Of a DNA stretch of 58,419 nucleotides, positions 17,611 through 24,567 are shown piece after piece. Under the pieces are notes generated by a model that was not told where the DNA came from, made no database searches, and worked only from the letters and a program-made list of their open reading frames with translations. Source of the DNA: a virus; IMG/VR virus record IMGVR_UViG_3300045988_147113, one strand, 5' to 3'. A program made the position numbers and the translations under genes. Each line of letters begins with the position of its first letter. Positions within the stretch are counted from its first letter, which is position 1.

Positions 17611-18363
17611 TCAAATAAGATTGCGATAGTCAGCCATCGGCGATTCGTGGAAATTCACCACAAGTGCCGGTTTCCCGTCAGGGGTCAGCGCGGTGCTGAA
17701 ACTCAGTTCGATTGGATGATCCGACGTCCAACCGAGATCATCGCCACAACCGATATAGGGCAGATCCAAGGCTTCATAGAAGTCATTTAACGATGCATAC
17801 ATTTCAGCATTCATCTTGTAATTGACGTCATTCTGGGCCTTGCGGATCTTCTCCAGTGTTGACGGGAAGAACCGTCCGCTGAACCCGTCCATGCACAGCA
17901 CATTGCCGTCGCCGATGACCACGGCCGAAGCGTCGTCTTTGGATTTTGCGATTTGATCCTTAGCTACGGCCGCTTCGATTTCCTTGGCTTTCTTTTCGCC
18001 GACGATCTCGTGCACTTTATCGCGATAGATGGTCGCTGCTTCCTGGGCCATGGTATATGCCGAGGAATATGCGATGATCTTATGTGTGGCGGTCTGATGG
18101 GCTCCGACGATCGCAGTAATCGTCGCACCGACAGTCAACGCGGTCGGAATATAACATGGAGCGATTCGTTTGACGAGCTCCTTCTTGTCACATGGCTTGC
18201 CATCGAGCTCCATGCGATACTCCAGCAGACGATCATTCGCCTGAATGGTATCTCGCGATGCCATGATGGCGGTTCCGATCACGCCCACCACTGCCGTGCC
18301 TGTGAGAATCGTATGGGAATTTCTTCCTAGAAATTTTCGTCCTTTGGTGATAATATCGTTCAC
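17611..18363 (-). CDS. Membrane protein, paralog of 14613..15527 (GTG start)
   Basis: GTG at 18363 follows AGAAAGG. The track ATG at 18447 would place the terminator hairpin 18402..18433 inside the gene. Confidence 0.55.
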   Translation of the reverse strand: MNDIITKGRKFLGRNSHTILTGTAVVGVIGTAIMASRDTIQANDRLLEYRMELDGKPCDKKELVKRIAPCYIPTALTVGATITAIVGAHQTATHKIIAYSSAYTMAQEAATIYRDKVHEIVGEKKAKEIEAAVAKDQIAKSKDDASAVVIGDGNVLCMDGFSGRFFPSTLEKIRKAQNDVNYKMNAEMYASLNDFYEALDLPYIGCGDDLGWTSDHPIELSFSTALTPDGKPALVVNFHESPMADYRNLI

Positions 18364-18401
18364 TATAATGGCCTTTCTTATGAACGATCGAAAAAAAATA
18401 T

Positions 18402-18433
18402 AAAGCCAAAGCCGCATGTGCGACTTGGGCTTT
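18402..18433 (-). terminator. Conserved terminator hairpin
   Basis: AAAGCCAAAGCCGCATGTGCGACTTGGGCTTT, followed on the minus strand by ATATTTTTTTT. Confidence 0.7.
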
Positions 18434-18443
18434 ATAGAACAAT

Positions 18444-18701
18444 TCACTCTTGCGAGGAATCTGTGGATTCAGCGTTGGACTTCGATTCATCGGATGAGGA
18501 ATAGTCCCAATCGTCGTCCTCGTCGTCAATATCTTCGGACTTTCCCAGGTGAATCAGCAGTGCGAGTCCTGCGGCGGCAGCGGCTCCAATGGTGATATCC
18601 CTGATACGGTCCTTGTGATCTTTGACGAACTGGACGATCTTGTTGGGCTTCTTCTCCTCGGTCTCGACGACTTCGGTGGTTTCCTTGTTCTGATCTTCCA
18701 T
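18444..18701 (-). CDS. Small acidic protein with one TM segment
   Basis: Starts MEDQNKETTEV at 18701. The TM segment is ITIGAAAAAGLALLI. Preceded by motif copy 3. Confidence 0.6.
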   Translation of the reverse strand: MEDQNKETTEVVETEEKKPNKIVQFVKDHKDRIRDITIGAAAAAGLALLIHLGKSEDIDDEDDDWDYSSSDESKSNAESTDSSQE

Positions 18702-18727
18702 GATTGTTCCTTTCATTAGGTTGTGTA

Positions 18728-18759
18728 TGGTTCTCATTAAGGGGGATGTATGGTTCGCG
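18728..18759 (-). promoter_or_regulatory. Conserved upstream motif, copy 3
   Basis: Minus strand reads CGCGAACCATACATCCCCCTTAATGAGAACCA. Confidence 0.55.
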
Positions 18760-18760
18760 T

Positions 18761-19147
18761 TTAACCGAGCCAGCTCTCTTCTAGTTCGCCGGAAGGATAA
18801 CGTCCTCGTTCGTCGTTATGACGAACGACCTTCATATAAGTGTTCTCGATCTCGGTCTGGGAAAATCCGAAAGCGAATGCGATATTTACCAGCGTCTGGT
18901 ATACGTCGCAGAACTCTTCGAGGGAATGCTGGCGAAGTGCTTCGTAATCGGCTTCCGGATCATTCTGTCCTTTCAGCTGGTCTTTGATCGCTTCCGTCAA
19001 TTCGGCCGCTTCTTCGAGTGTCTTGAGCGGAGCCTGTTTTCCTTCCGGAATCTGATTGCTATCAAAAGCCAATCCGACTGGAAAATGAACTTCCTGTTCT
19101 CCGGTATTCAAATATACGCCGTATTCTTTCGGGTTATCCCAACTCAT
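18761..19147 (-). CDS. Putative MazG-like nucleotide pyrophosphohydrolase
   Basis: 128 aa. SLEEFCDVYQTLVNIAFAFGFSQTEIENTYMKVVRHNDERG fits the MazG EExxD...helix...K..N..R pattern. The call is tentative. Confidence 0.4.
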   Translation of the reverse strand: MSWDNPKEYGVYLNTGEQEVHFPVGLAFDSNQIPEGKQAPLKTLEEAAELTEAIKDQLKGQNDPEADYEALRQHSLEEFCDVYQTLVNIAFAFGFSQTEIENTYMKVVRHNDERGRYPSGELEESWLG

Positions 19148-19314
19148 AATAAACCTCCAAGTTTCTTTTCGATTCGTGACTTCAGAAAACGGCTTTTGAA
19201 ATCGGCACGATTGTCGGGATTACTGAAATATAATGTCGCCATTCCAGCCAATGGAATAATGACTTTCGTGATCCACAGCCGTGCTTCACGATATAATTCG
19301 ATTTTATTTTTCAT
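19144..19314 (-). CDS. Small membrane protein
   Basis: 56 aa from the ATG at 19314 (AAGGAG RBS). The TM segment is VIIPLAGMATLYF. Confidence 0.5.
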   Translation of the reverse strand: MKNKIELYREARLWITKVIIPLAGMATLYFSNPDNRADFKSRFLKSRIEKKLGGLL

Positions 19315-19376
19315 GTTTTGCTCCTTAAAAGTTAAAGCCAAAGCCACATGTGTGAAATGCGGCCTTAGCCTTGAGG

Positions 19377-19562
19377 TCATTTGGTACTGTTTTGTTTCAT
19401 ATATTCAGCAATCATCGGATCTTCCTCCAGAGACTCTTTCTCTTGAGCTTTCTTTCCGATGTGGTAGAGAACGCCGATTCCGGCGATTCCCAATAGCATC
19501 GAAATAGCAAAGTAGATGAGGCTAGAGATGGTGTACTTTCCGAAGAAGGTGCTAAACTTCAT
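19377..19562 (-). CDS. Small membrane protein, paralog of 21511..21690
   Basis: 61 aa, MKFSTFFGKYTISSLIYFAISMLLGIAGIGVLYHIGKKA... The N-terminal two thirds are nearly identical to the paralog at DNA level. Confidence 0.65.
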   Translation of the reverse strand: MKFSTFFGKYTISSLIYFAISMLLGIAGIGVLYHIGKKAQEKESLEEDPMIAEYMKQNSTK

Positions 19563-19586
19563 GATAACTCCTTTATTGATGGTTAA

Positions 19587-19619
19587 TGGTTCTCATTAAA
19601 GGGTGTGTTTCATTTGCGA
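19587..19619 (-). promoter_or_regulatory. Conserved upstream motif, copy 4
   Basis: Minus strand reads TCGCAAATGAAACACACCCTTTAATGAGAACCA. Confidence 0.6.
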
Positions 19620-20081
19620 TTACATATATTCATATTCGGCATTCCCCAACGACCATCGTTCTGCTCCCCACACACGAAATATCCATCGAGTCATGCCGTT
19701 TTCGACAAAGAACAGCGATACACCTTGCGATGATCGTATAATGGCTTGTCTGAAATCGCAGTCGAGCAGCCATGGCGCTATCTGCTCGAGAAAACAAGTA
19801 AATTCATTCTTCGGAGTATGGATATCAAAATCCGCATCGACAATTGTCATATTCGTGGCGTTTCTCACCGCTTCGGTTTGGATGCAGACAGCGCCGTGGT
19901 CATCCACGTACACCCAGAATGATACGCCATTCGGTCGAACATACTGATACCAGCCGCTGATGGCGTTGTGTGGCACTTGATACGACCTATCCATGATCTT
20001 GGGAAAGAGTTCCGATGCCACCTTCTCATTGTGCAACTGCTCGCGTAAATTCGGTGGTTGATGCTTCAATGAAATTAACAT
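19620..20081 (-). CDS. Hypothetical protein
   Basis: 153-aa ORF. Confidence 0.6.
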   Translation of the reverse strand: MLISLKHQPPNLREQLHNEKVASELFPKIMDRSYQVPHNAISGWYQYVRPNGVSFWVYVDDHGAVCIQTEAVRNATNMTIVDADFDIHTPKNEFTCFLEQIAPWLLDCDFRQAIIRSSQGVSLFFVENGMTRWIFRVWGAERWSLGNAEYEYM

Positions 20082-20100
20082 GTTTTCTCCTTAGCTATAA

Positions 20101-20772
20101 TCAGAATTCCGGATCATGATCGAACACCGGTTGTGGTGCTCGTTCATAATTGATTTCTCCGCGATTGAACGCGTTCATATATCGAAGAATCCGATCGACT
20201 TCTTCGGTCACGGTTCGACTGGTATCATATCCCCCTTTCGAGAATTCCTCGAAATTGACCCATCGTTTGCCGTTGGACATCATGTCCATGACATCGGTAA
20301 GCCGTTCTTCGAGTACAGCGAACTGGGCGGCATCGTCGCGTTCCCTACGACTGATTTCCTCCGGATTGTCGCCTCGAAGAAGTAGTCGCTGATATCGAAT
20401 GTTGTCATCGATATGCAGATAGACTCCGAATCGATCGGTGATGCGGTCTTTGATGGTCAAATATCCAGTCGGATCAAGAATGGTCACGGTGTCGTCATCG
20501 GCATTGATATCCTGAAGATTCACGCCGTAACGCCACGTACTGAATATGGTCCGATATTCTCGAACGGCTACCAAATCCGGCAAAGCCGCATCGAATTCGG
20601 CATCGTCAACGAACCAGTAATCGACACCATCCTCTTCGTTATCGCGAGGAGGACGTGTGGTCACCGATACGACTCGCCGAAACCCTCGACGAGCAAGTTC
20701 TTCGGCAATGGACGTCTTACCCGAACCCTGCTTGCCAAGAAGGACAATATGATTGGTATAAGCACCGGTCAT
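20101..20772 (-). CDS. Guanylate kinase-like nucleoside monophosphate kinase
   Basis: P-loop GKQGSGKTS, then SVTTRPPRDNEEDGVDYWFVDDAEF, which matches the Gmk signature TTR.PR..E.DG.DY.FV. Confidence 0.7.
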   Translation of the reverse strand: MTGAYTNHIVLLGKQGSGKTSIAEELARRGFRRVVSVTTRPPRDNEEDGVDYWFVDDAEFDAALPDLVAVREYRTIFSTWRYGVNLQDINADDDTVTILDPTGYLTIKDRITDRFGVYLHIDDNIRYQRLLLRGDNPEEISRRERDDAAQFAVLEERLTDVMDMMSNGKRWVNFEEFSKGGYDTSRTVTEEVDRILRYMNAFNRGEINYERAPQPVFDHDPEF

Positions 20773-20773
20773 G

Positions 20774-21031
20774 TTACCACTTCCTTACCTGGAAATTGGC
20801 ATAGAATATATCGTTGATCGCGTCAAGTCCGTCCATGATCTGAACATCGTACTCATCCCAGGTTTCGATCGGAATATCAATGCGACGCTCATATAGTCTG
20901 CAAGGAATATCACGTCCAAGCATCCAGGCATAGAACATATTCAGAGCGATTTTTGGTCCTGAAATATGAGGCGATACCTTATTATGAAATTTGCGAGTGA
21001 ATTTAAGTCGTCCGACTGGTCTTCTCGCCAT
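20774..21031 (-). CDS. Hypothetical protein
   Basis: 85-aa ORF. Confidence 0.5.
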   Translation of the reverse strand: MARRPVGRLKFTRKFHNKVSPHISGPKIALNMFYAWMLGRDIPCRLYERRIDIPIETWDEYDVQIMDGLDAINDIFYANFQVRKW

Positions 21032-21086
21032 GTTTTTACTCCTAAAATAAAAAGCGAATGGCCAAGTGTCATTCGCCAGTAATGTG

Positions 21087-21353
21087 TCAGTCGTGGTAGG
21101 CTTGGTCCGACAATGCTTTCAGATAACGTCGTACGACGTCAAGCTGTAGACTTGCGGTTCCGAGCTTGTCCATGACGATGCACACAGCATGGCGTTTGCG
21201 TTCTTGGCCATTCGGCAGTTGATCATAATATCCTTCGTTGAGACGACGGATCACGAGATCAACATTGTCCTCTTCCTGTTCTTTGTCCCAAAGTTCCTTG
21301 ACGCGGTCCTTTGCGGTGCTGAACAGATTCTTGGATGTTGTCTTGATATCCAT
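21087..21353 (-). CDS. Hypothetical protein
   Basis: 88-aa ORF preceded by motif copy 5. Confidence 0.6.
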   Translation of the reverse strand: MDIKTTSKNLFSTAKDRVKELWDKEQEEDNVDLVIRRLNEGYYDQLPNGQERKRHAVCIVMDKLGTASLQLDVVRRYLKALSDQAYHD

Positions 21354-21374
21354 GTTTCTCCTTTTTGTGGATTA

Positions 21375-21406
21375 TTCGGTCATTAAAGGCCATGGATGAA
21401 TCGCGG
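21375..21406 (-). promoter_or_regulatory. Conserved upstream motif, copy 5
   Basis: Minus strand reads CCGCGATTCATCCATGGCCTTTAATGACCGAA. Confidence 0.55.
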
Positions 21407-21510
21407 CACCATGGAAACGAATGCAGCGATGACAATAAACATAATATGCTCTTGACATCGAAAAAAGCCAAAGCCGCATGTGTGAAATGCGGCCTTAGCC
21501 TTGGATGTCA

Positions 21511-21690
21511 TTAGTCATTATTTAGATTCATGTCATCAGCAGTGATCGGATTCTCCTCGTCATCCTTCTCTTCAGCTTTCTTTCCGATGTGGTAGAGAAC
21601 GCCGATTCCGGCGATTCCCAATAGCATCGAAAATGCAGTGTAGATAAGGGTGCAGATGGTGTACTTTCCGAAGAAGGTGCTAAACTTCAT
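21511..21690 (-). CDS. Small membrane protein, paralog of 19377..19562 (absent from the ORF track)
   Basis: 59 aa, MKFSTFFGKYTICTLIYTAFSMLLGIAGIGVLYHIGKKAEEKDDEENPITADDMNLNND. It has the same RBS and leader as the paralog. Confidence 0.6.
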   Translation of the reverse strand: MKFSTFFGKYTICTLIYTAFSMLLGIAGIGVLYHIGKKAEEKDDEENPITADDMNLNND

Positions 21691-21714
21691 GATAACTCCT
21701 TTATTGATGGTTAA

Positions 21715-21747
21715 TGGTTCTCATTAAAGGGTGTGTTTCATTCGCGA
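21715..21747 (-). promoter_or_regulatory. Conserved upstream motif, copy 6
   Basis: Minus strand reads TCGCGAATGAAACACACCCTTTAATGAGAACCA. Confidence 0.6.
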
Positions 21748-21757
21748 CTGCAAATAT

Positions 21758-21789
21758 AAAGCCAAAGCCGCATGTGCGACTCTGGCTTT
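21758..21789 (-). terminator. Conserved terminator hairpin
   Basis: AAAGCCAAAGCCGCATGTGCGACTCTGGCTTT, followed on the minus strand by ATATTT. Confidence 0.7.
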
Positions 21790-21813
21790 TGACGTAATCC
21801 TATAGATCACATG

Positions 21814-22209
21814 TCAGATCTTCGGTTTGGGCAGAAACCCGAGGCTTCTCGAACTGATGGTGTGATTTGTTTCGAATCCCAGCAGGATGACGATTCCAGC
21901 GAGCGAGACCCCGGCTTTCACGACGGTTTCGATGAGGCTCTTCCGATGGTCATTATAGTCGTTCTTGACGGCGACCAGCGACTTCAGCGATTCCAGATTG
22001 TGGTTCGTCATTTCATCATGACGCTCCACAACCGAACTCGTGACGTTGCCGTCGCCATCAAGAGTGTCTCTTGTGACTTCGGAAGTCCTTGTCAAATCGT
22101 CGCTCAAATCGGATTCGTTCTCCGGATTCATCTCCTCTTTGAGACGATCCAAATATGCATCGATCTGTTCATCGAACTTCTGATTAATGCTCTTCGATTG
22201 ATTGGACAT
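21814..22209 (-). CDS. Hypothetical protein with a C-terminal TM segment
   Basis: 131 aa with an acidic N-terminal part and the TM segment VKAGVSLAGIVILLGF. Confidence 0.6.
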   Translation of the reverse strand: MSNQSKSINQKFDEQIDAYLDRLKEEMNPENESDLSDDLTRTSEVTRDTLDGDGNVTSSVVERHDEMTNHNLESLKSLVAVKNDYNDHRKSLIETVVKAGVSLAGIVILLGFETNHTISSRSLGFLPKPKI

Positions 22210-22227
22210 GTTTGCTCCTTTCGGTTA

Positions 22228-22259
22228 TGTTGTCATTAAAGGCGATGATTCATGCGCGA
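22228..22259 (-). promoter_or_regulatory. Conserved upstream motif, copy 7
   Basis: Minus strand reads TCGCGCATGAATCATCGCCTTTAATGACAACA. Confidence 0.55.
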
Positions 22260-22381
22260 AAAAAAATATAAACGCCATGTCCTGTCTCAGTGGTGGTACG
22301 TGACGTTACAGCTATACTCAACATATCGGATAAATGAGAAGCCGTGTGATTAACGGCTTGTCATTATTAGGATTGATCAAG

Positions 22382-22486
22382 CTAGAACAATCCGCAGACG
22401 ATGAGGACAATCGCAATAACGAATATAGCGATAATGGCGATTGCGCCCCAGACGACGGTCTTGAAAATAGTCTTGATGAGGTCCAT
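22382..22486 (-). CDS. 34-aa hydrophobic mini-protein
   Basis: MDLIKTIFKTVVWGAIAIIAIFVIAIVLIVCGLF, with an AAGGAG RBS and motif copy 8 upstream. Confidence 0.45.
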   Translation of the reverse strand: MDLIKTIFKTVVWGAIAIIAIFVIAIVLIVCGLF

Positions 22487-22508
22487 AATAACTCCTTTGG
22501 TTGATATA

Positions 22509-22542
22509 TAGCTTCTCATTAAGGACCATGATTAATTCGCGA
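22509..22542 (-). promoter_or_regulatory. Conserved upstream motif, copy 8
   Basis: Minus strand reads TCGCGAATTAATCATGGTCCTTAATGAGAAGCTA. Confidence 0.55.
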
Positions 22543-22653
22543 ATACATCATCAAGCTCCTTGCCCAAAAATATAAACCATACGCATCATCGGACAAGAAG
22601 CAAAGCAGATGGCTTTGCTTCTATTGATCATTCCTGATTAGAGGAAATGGTGT

Positions 22654-22740
22654 TCAGTGTTCTTGCGTCAAAGCGACCGCATAGTACTCTCCAGCGAGAG
22701 CAGCGATTGCGATGGCAATGGCGGAAATTCCAGCGAACAT
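22654..22740 (-). CDS. 28-aa hydrophobic mini-protein
   Basis: MFAGISAIAIAIAALAGEYYAVALTQEH, with an AAAGGAG RBS and motif copy 9 upstream. Confidence 0.4.
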   Translation of the reverse strand: MFAGISAIAIAIAALAGEYYAVALTQEH

Positions 22741-22763
22741 AGTTTTCTCCTTTAATGATGGTA

Positions 22764-22796
22764 TGGTTCTCATTAAAGGACATGTTTCATTCGCGA
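22764..22796 (-). promoter_or_regulatory. Conserved upstream motif, copy 9
   Basis: Minus strand reads TCGCGAATGAAACATGTCCTTTAATGAGAACCA. A perfect 10-bp stem forms between 22749..22758 and 22770..22779 and includes the SD. Confidence 0.6.
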
Positions 22797-22807
22797 CTGC
22801 AAATATA

Positions 22808-22837
22808 AAGCCAAAGCCGCATGTGCGACTCTGGCTT
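22808..22837 (-). terminator. Conserved terminator hairpin
   Basis: AAGCCAAAGCCGCATGTGCGACTCTGGCTT, followed on the minus strand by TATATTT. Confidence 0.7.
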
Positions 22838-22842
22838 GATGA

Positions 22843-23097
22843 TCATTCATCAATATACATTTTTTCAGCGATCTTTTTTGCGATTTGATCTCGACGTCCG
22901 TGTCCCCACGTAGTGATGGTTATACACAAGGTTGGATGATCGTAAAATGGATACGTTACTATGGCATGGTTATAGCTCTTTACGTATGGTAAAGAGCCGA
23001 CCACGTTAAGAATCGTGTTCACTTGATCTTGGTCCTTGCAATAGCCATCGGCAGTGAAAGACTCGGTTCGGTTCAAAATCTTGTCGATGATAAGCAT
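22843..23097 (-). CDS. Hypothetical protein
   Basis: 84 aa from the ATG at 23097 (AAAGGAG RBS). Confidence 0.55.
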   Translation of the reverse strand: MLIIDKILNRTESFTADGYCKDQDQVNTILNVVGSLPYVKSYNHAIVTYPFYDHPTLCITITTWGHGRRDQIAKKIAEKMYIDE

Positions 23098-23120
23098 GAT
23101 TACTCCTTTGATATTGTTGA

Positions 23121-23153
23121 ATTTCTTCAATAAAGGACATGTATCATGCGCGA
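23121..23153 (-). promoter_or_regulatory. Conserved upstream motif, copy 10
   Basis: Minus strand reads TCGCGCATGATACATGTCCTTTATTGAAGAAAT. Confidence 0.5.
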
Positions 23154-23161
23154 AAAAAAAT

Positions 23162-23193
23162 AAAGAGCAAGCCGCACATGCGGCTTGCTCTTT
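23162..23193 (-). terminator. Terminator hairpin
   Basis: AAAGAGCAAGCCGCACATGCGGCTTGCTCTTT is a perfect palindromic stem with a T-run on the minus strand. Confidence 0.7.
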
Positions 23194-23403
23194 TCAGACG
23201 AGAGTGATGGTCTTCAGATAATCTGCGAATGCACTCATGTCTTCCAGGTTGGTACTGACCATGATCACCCGAAGCTTCTTTGTCTTGGTCGTAAGAATAC
23301 CGCTCTCCGTTTCCGGATCGCAGTGGTTCTTGATCCACTGAACAAGCTTCAGGCAGGTGTGCTGGCTGTACTGTTGGCTGACATAAGTAAACGTATCGTT
23401 CAT
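23194..23403 (-). CDS. Hypothetical protein
   Basis: 69 aa from the ATG at 23403 (AAGGAG RBS). Confidence 0.55.
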   Translation of the reverse strand: MNDTFTYVSQQYSQHTCLKLVQWIKNHCDPETESGILTTKTKKLRVIMVSTNLEDMSAFADYLKTITLV

Positions 23404-23424
23404 GATTGCTCCTTTATGATAGAT

Positions 23425-23457
23425 TCTCTTGTCATTAAAGGCCATGTACGATTCGCG
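23425..23457 (-). promoter_or_regulatory. Conserved upstream motif, copy 11
   Basis: Minus strand reads CGCGAATCGTACATGGCCTTTAATGACAAGAGA. Confidence 0.55.
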
Positions 23458-23469
23458 TCGAGACAAAAT

Positions 23470-23502
23470 ATAAGAGCCCATGCGCGCGGCATAGGCTCTT
23501 AT
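23470..23502 (-). terminator. Terminator hairpin (ATAAGAGCCCATGCG....GCATAGGCTCTTAT family)
   Basis: Near-identical to the hairpin at 23847..23879. Confidence 0.65.
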
Positions 23503-23508
23503 ATGATA

Positions 23509-23805
23509 TCATTCGGCATCGCTCTCGGTGGTGTCGTCCGGATCGGTCGAAGTGTTCCACTGATCCTTGGCACGCTTCAGCAGCTCATTGATGCCCCAGC
23601 TCAGTGCCATGCAGATACCGGAAACCGTGGACAGACCGGCCGTGGCGGCGTCCATGCCGTGGACGTGACCGAGCTGCGTGCAGACACCGGCGATCACGAT
23701 CAGCAGCACACTGAGTGCAGGCAGATATCGACGCGCGGCCTTGACGAGGCCGTCGTAACCTGAATCGGTGAGAAATGACGTATTCTGATTGGCGTGTTCG
23801 GCCAT
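23509..23805 (-). CDS. Putative holin (two TM segments, charged C-terminus)
   Basis: 98 aa. The TM segments are LPALSVLLIVIAGVCTQLG and LSTVSGICMALSWGI, and the tail is acidic. It lies downstream of the tail-fibre genes. Confidence 0.5.
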   Translation of the reverse strand: MAEHANQNTSFLTDSGYDGLVKAARRYLPALSVLLIVIAGVCTQLGHVHGMDAATAGLSTVSGICMALSWGINELLKRAKDQWNTSTDPDDTTESDAE

Positions 23806-23846
23806 AATATATGGTCCTTTCTTCTATGGTTTGCGTGAGAAAAAAC

Positions 23847-23879
23847 ATAAGAGCCCATGCGTGGCGCATAGGCTCTTAT
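23847..23879 (-). terminator. Terminator hairpin
   Basis: ATAAGAGCCCATGCGTGGCGCATAGGCTCTTAT. Confidence 0.65.
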
Positions 23880-23882
23880 ACT

Positions 23883-24176
23883 TTATTCTGAAATTAATGC
23901 CTCCATGATGGCTTTAAATTTCCTGTGTGGAGTCATGAGGTATTTCAATGTCTTAACGATGGATCTACTAATAAACCGAAGGGTATACTTCTGCTCGAAT
24001 ATCATGCATCTTACCAGTCCGCGTTTTTCGACGACTACGCATGGCATGCAAATATCGCTGTCGTACGCGACACAGGTGAGCGCCAAATATCCAAGATATG
24101 TTATACCCCTGATTATGCATATATCGTTCTTGAATTGTACTTCATAGTTGCCACAAGGGTTCTTGCTGTTTTTCAT
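23883..24176 (-). CDS. Hypothetical Cys-rich protein
   Basis: 97 aa from the ATG at 24176. Confidence 0.5.
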   Translation of the reverse strand: MKNSKNPCGNYEVQFKNDICIIRGITYLGYLALTCVAYDSDICMPCVVVEKRGLVRCMIFEQKYTLRFISRSIVKTLKYLMTPHRKFKAIMEALISE

Positions 24177-24188
24177 AATGGCTCCTTT

Positions 24189-24214
24189 CATAAAGGGCCA
24201 TGTATGTCACGCGA
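24189..24214 (-). promoter_or_regulatory. Conserved upstream motif, copy 12 (degenerate)
   Basis: Minus strand reads TCGCGTGACATACATGGCCCTTTATG. Confidence 0.45.
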
Positions 24215-24218
24215 CGTC

Positions 24219-24545
24219 TTAATGATCCATAGTACTATGAATCGACGAAATCGATTTGAACGGAAGGTCCGATATGTCATCGATCATTTTCTTCGCCAGA
24301 CCGTTTGATCCGGACTCCAGATACGGGTTGCCAAGATACTTCATGAAGTCGTCGTATTCCTCATGAGCAATCCATCCGCGGTCAATGAATTTCTGGCCCT
24401 CCTCTATAATTTGGTAATGTGCCATACCACGGGTCATAAGAAGTCCGGTATCTTTTTGTTTTGCTTTATACAAGATCAACGTCCACAATCCGCCGGATGC
24501 AAATACCGATCCAGCAATTGTGGTCAACATTTCGATCCAATGCAT
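24219..24545 (-). CDS. Membrane protein, holin-like or lysis-associated
   Basis: 108 aa with an N-terminal TM segment (LTTIAGSVFASGGLWTLILY). It lies immediately downstream of the fibre-tip cassettes. Confidence 0.45.
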   Translation of the reverse strand: MHWIEMLTTIAGSVFASGGLWTLILYKAKQKDTGLLMTRGMAHYQIIEEGQKFIDRGWIAHEEYDDFMKYLGNPYLESGSNGLAKKMIDDISDLPFKSISSIHSTMDH

Positions 24546-24567
24546 TGATATGATCCTTTCTATATAA

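Noticed and set aside
18402-23879. Regularly recurring about 30-nt repeats, which might suggest a CRISPR array.
   Set aside because: The repeats are hairpins of at least two sequence families at irregular spacing (about 100-1100 bp). Each is followed by a T-run and separated by RBS-preceded ORFs. They are terminators, not CRISPR repeats, and there are no cas genes.
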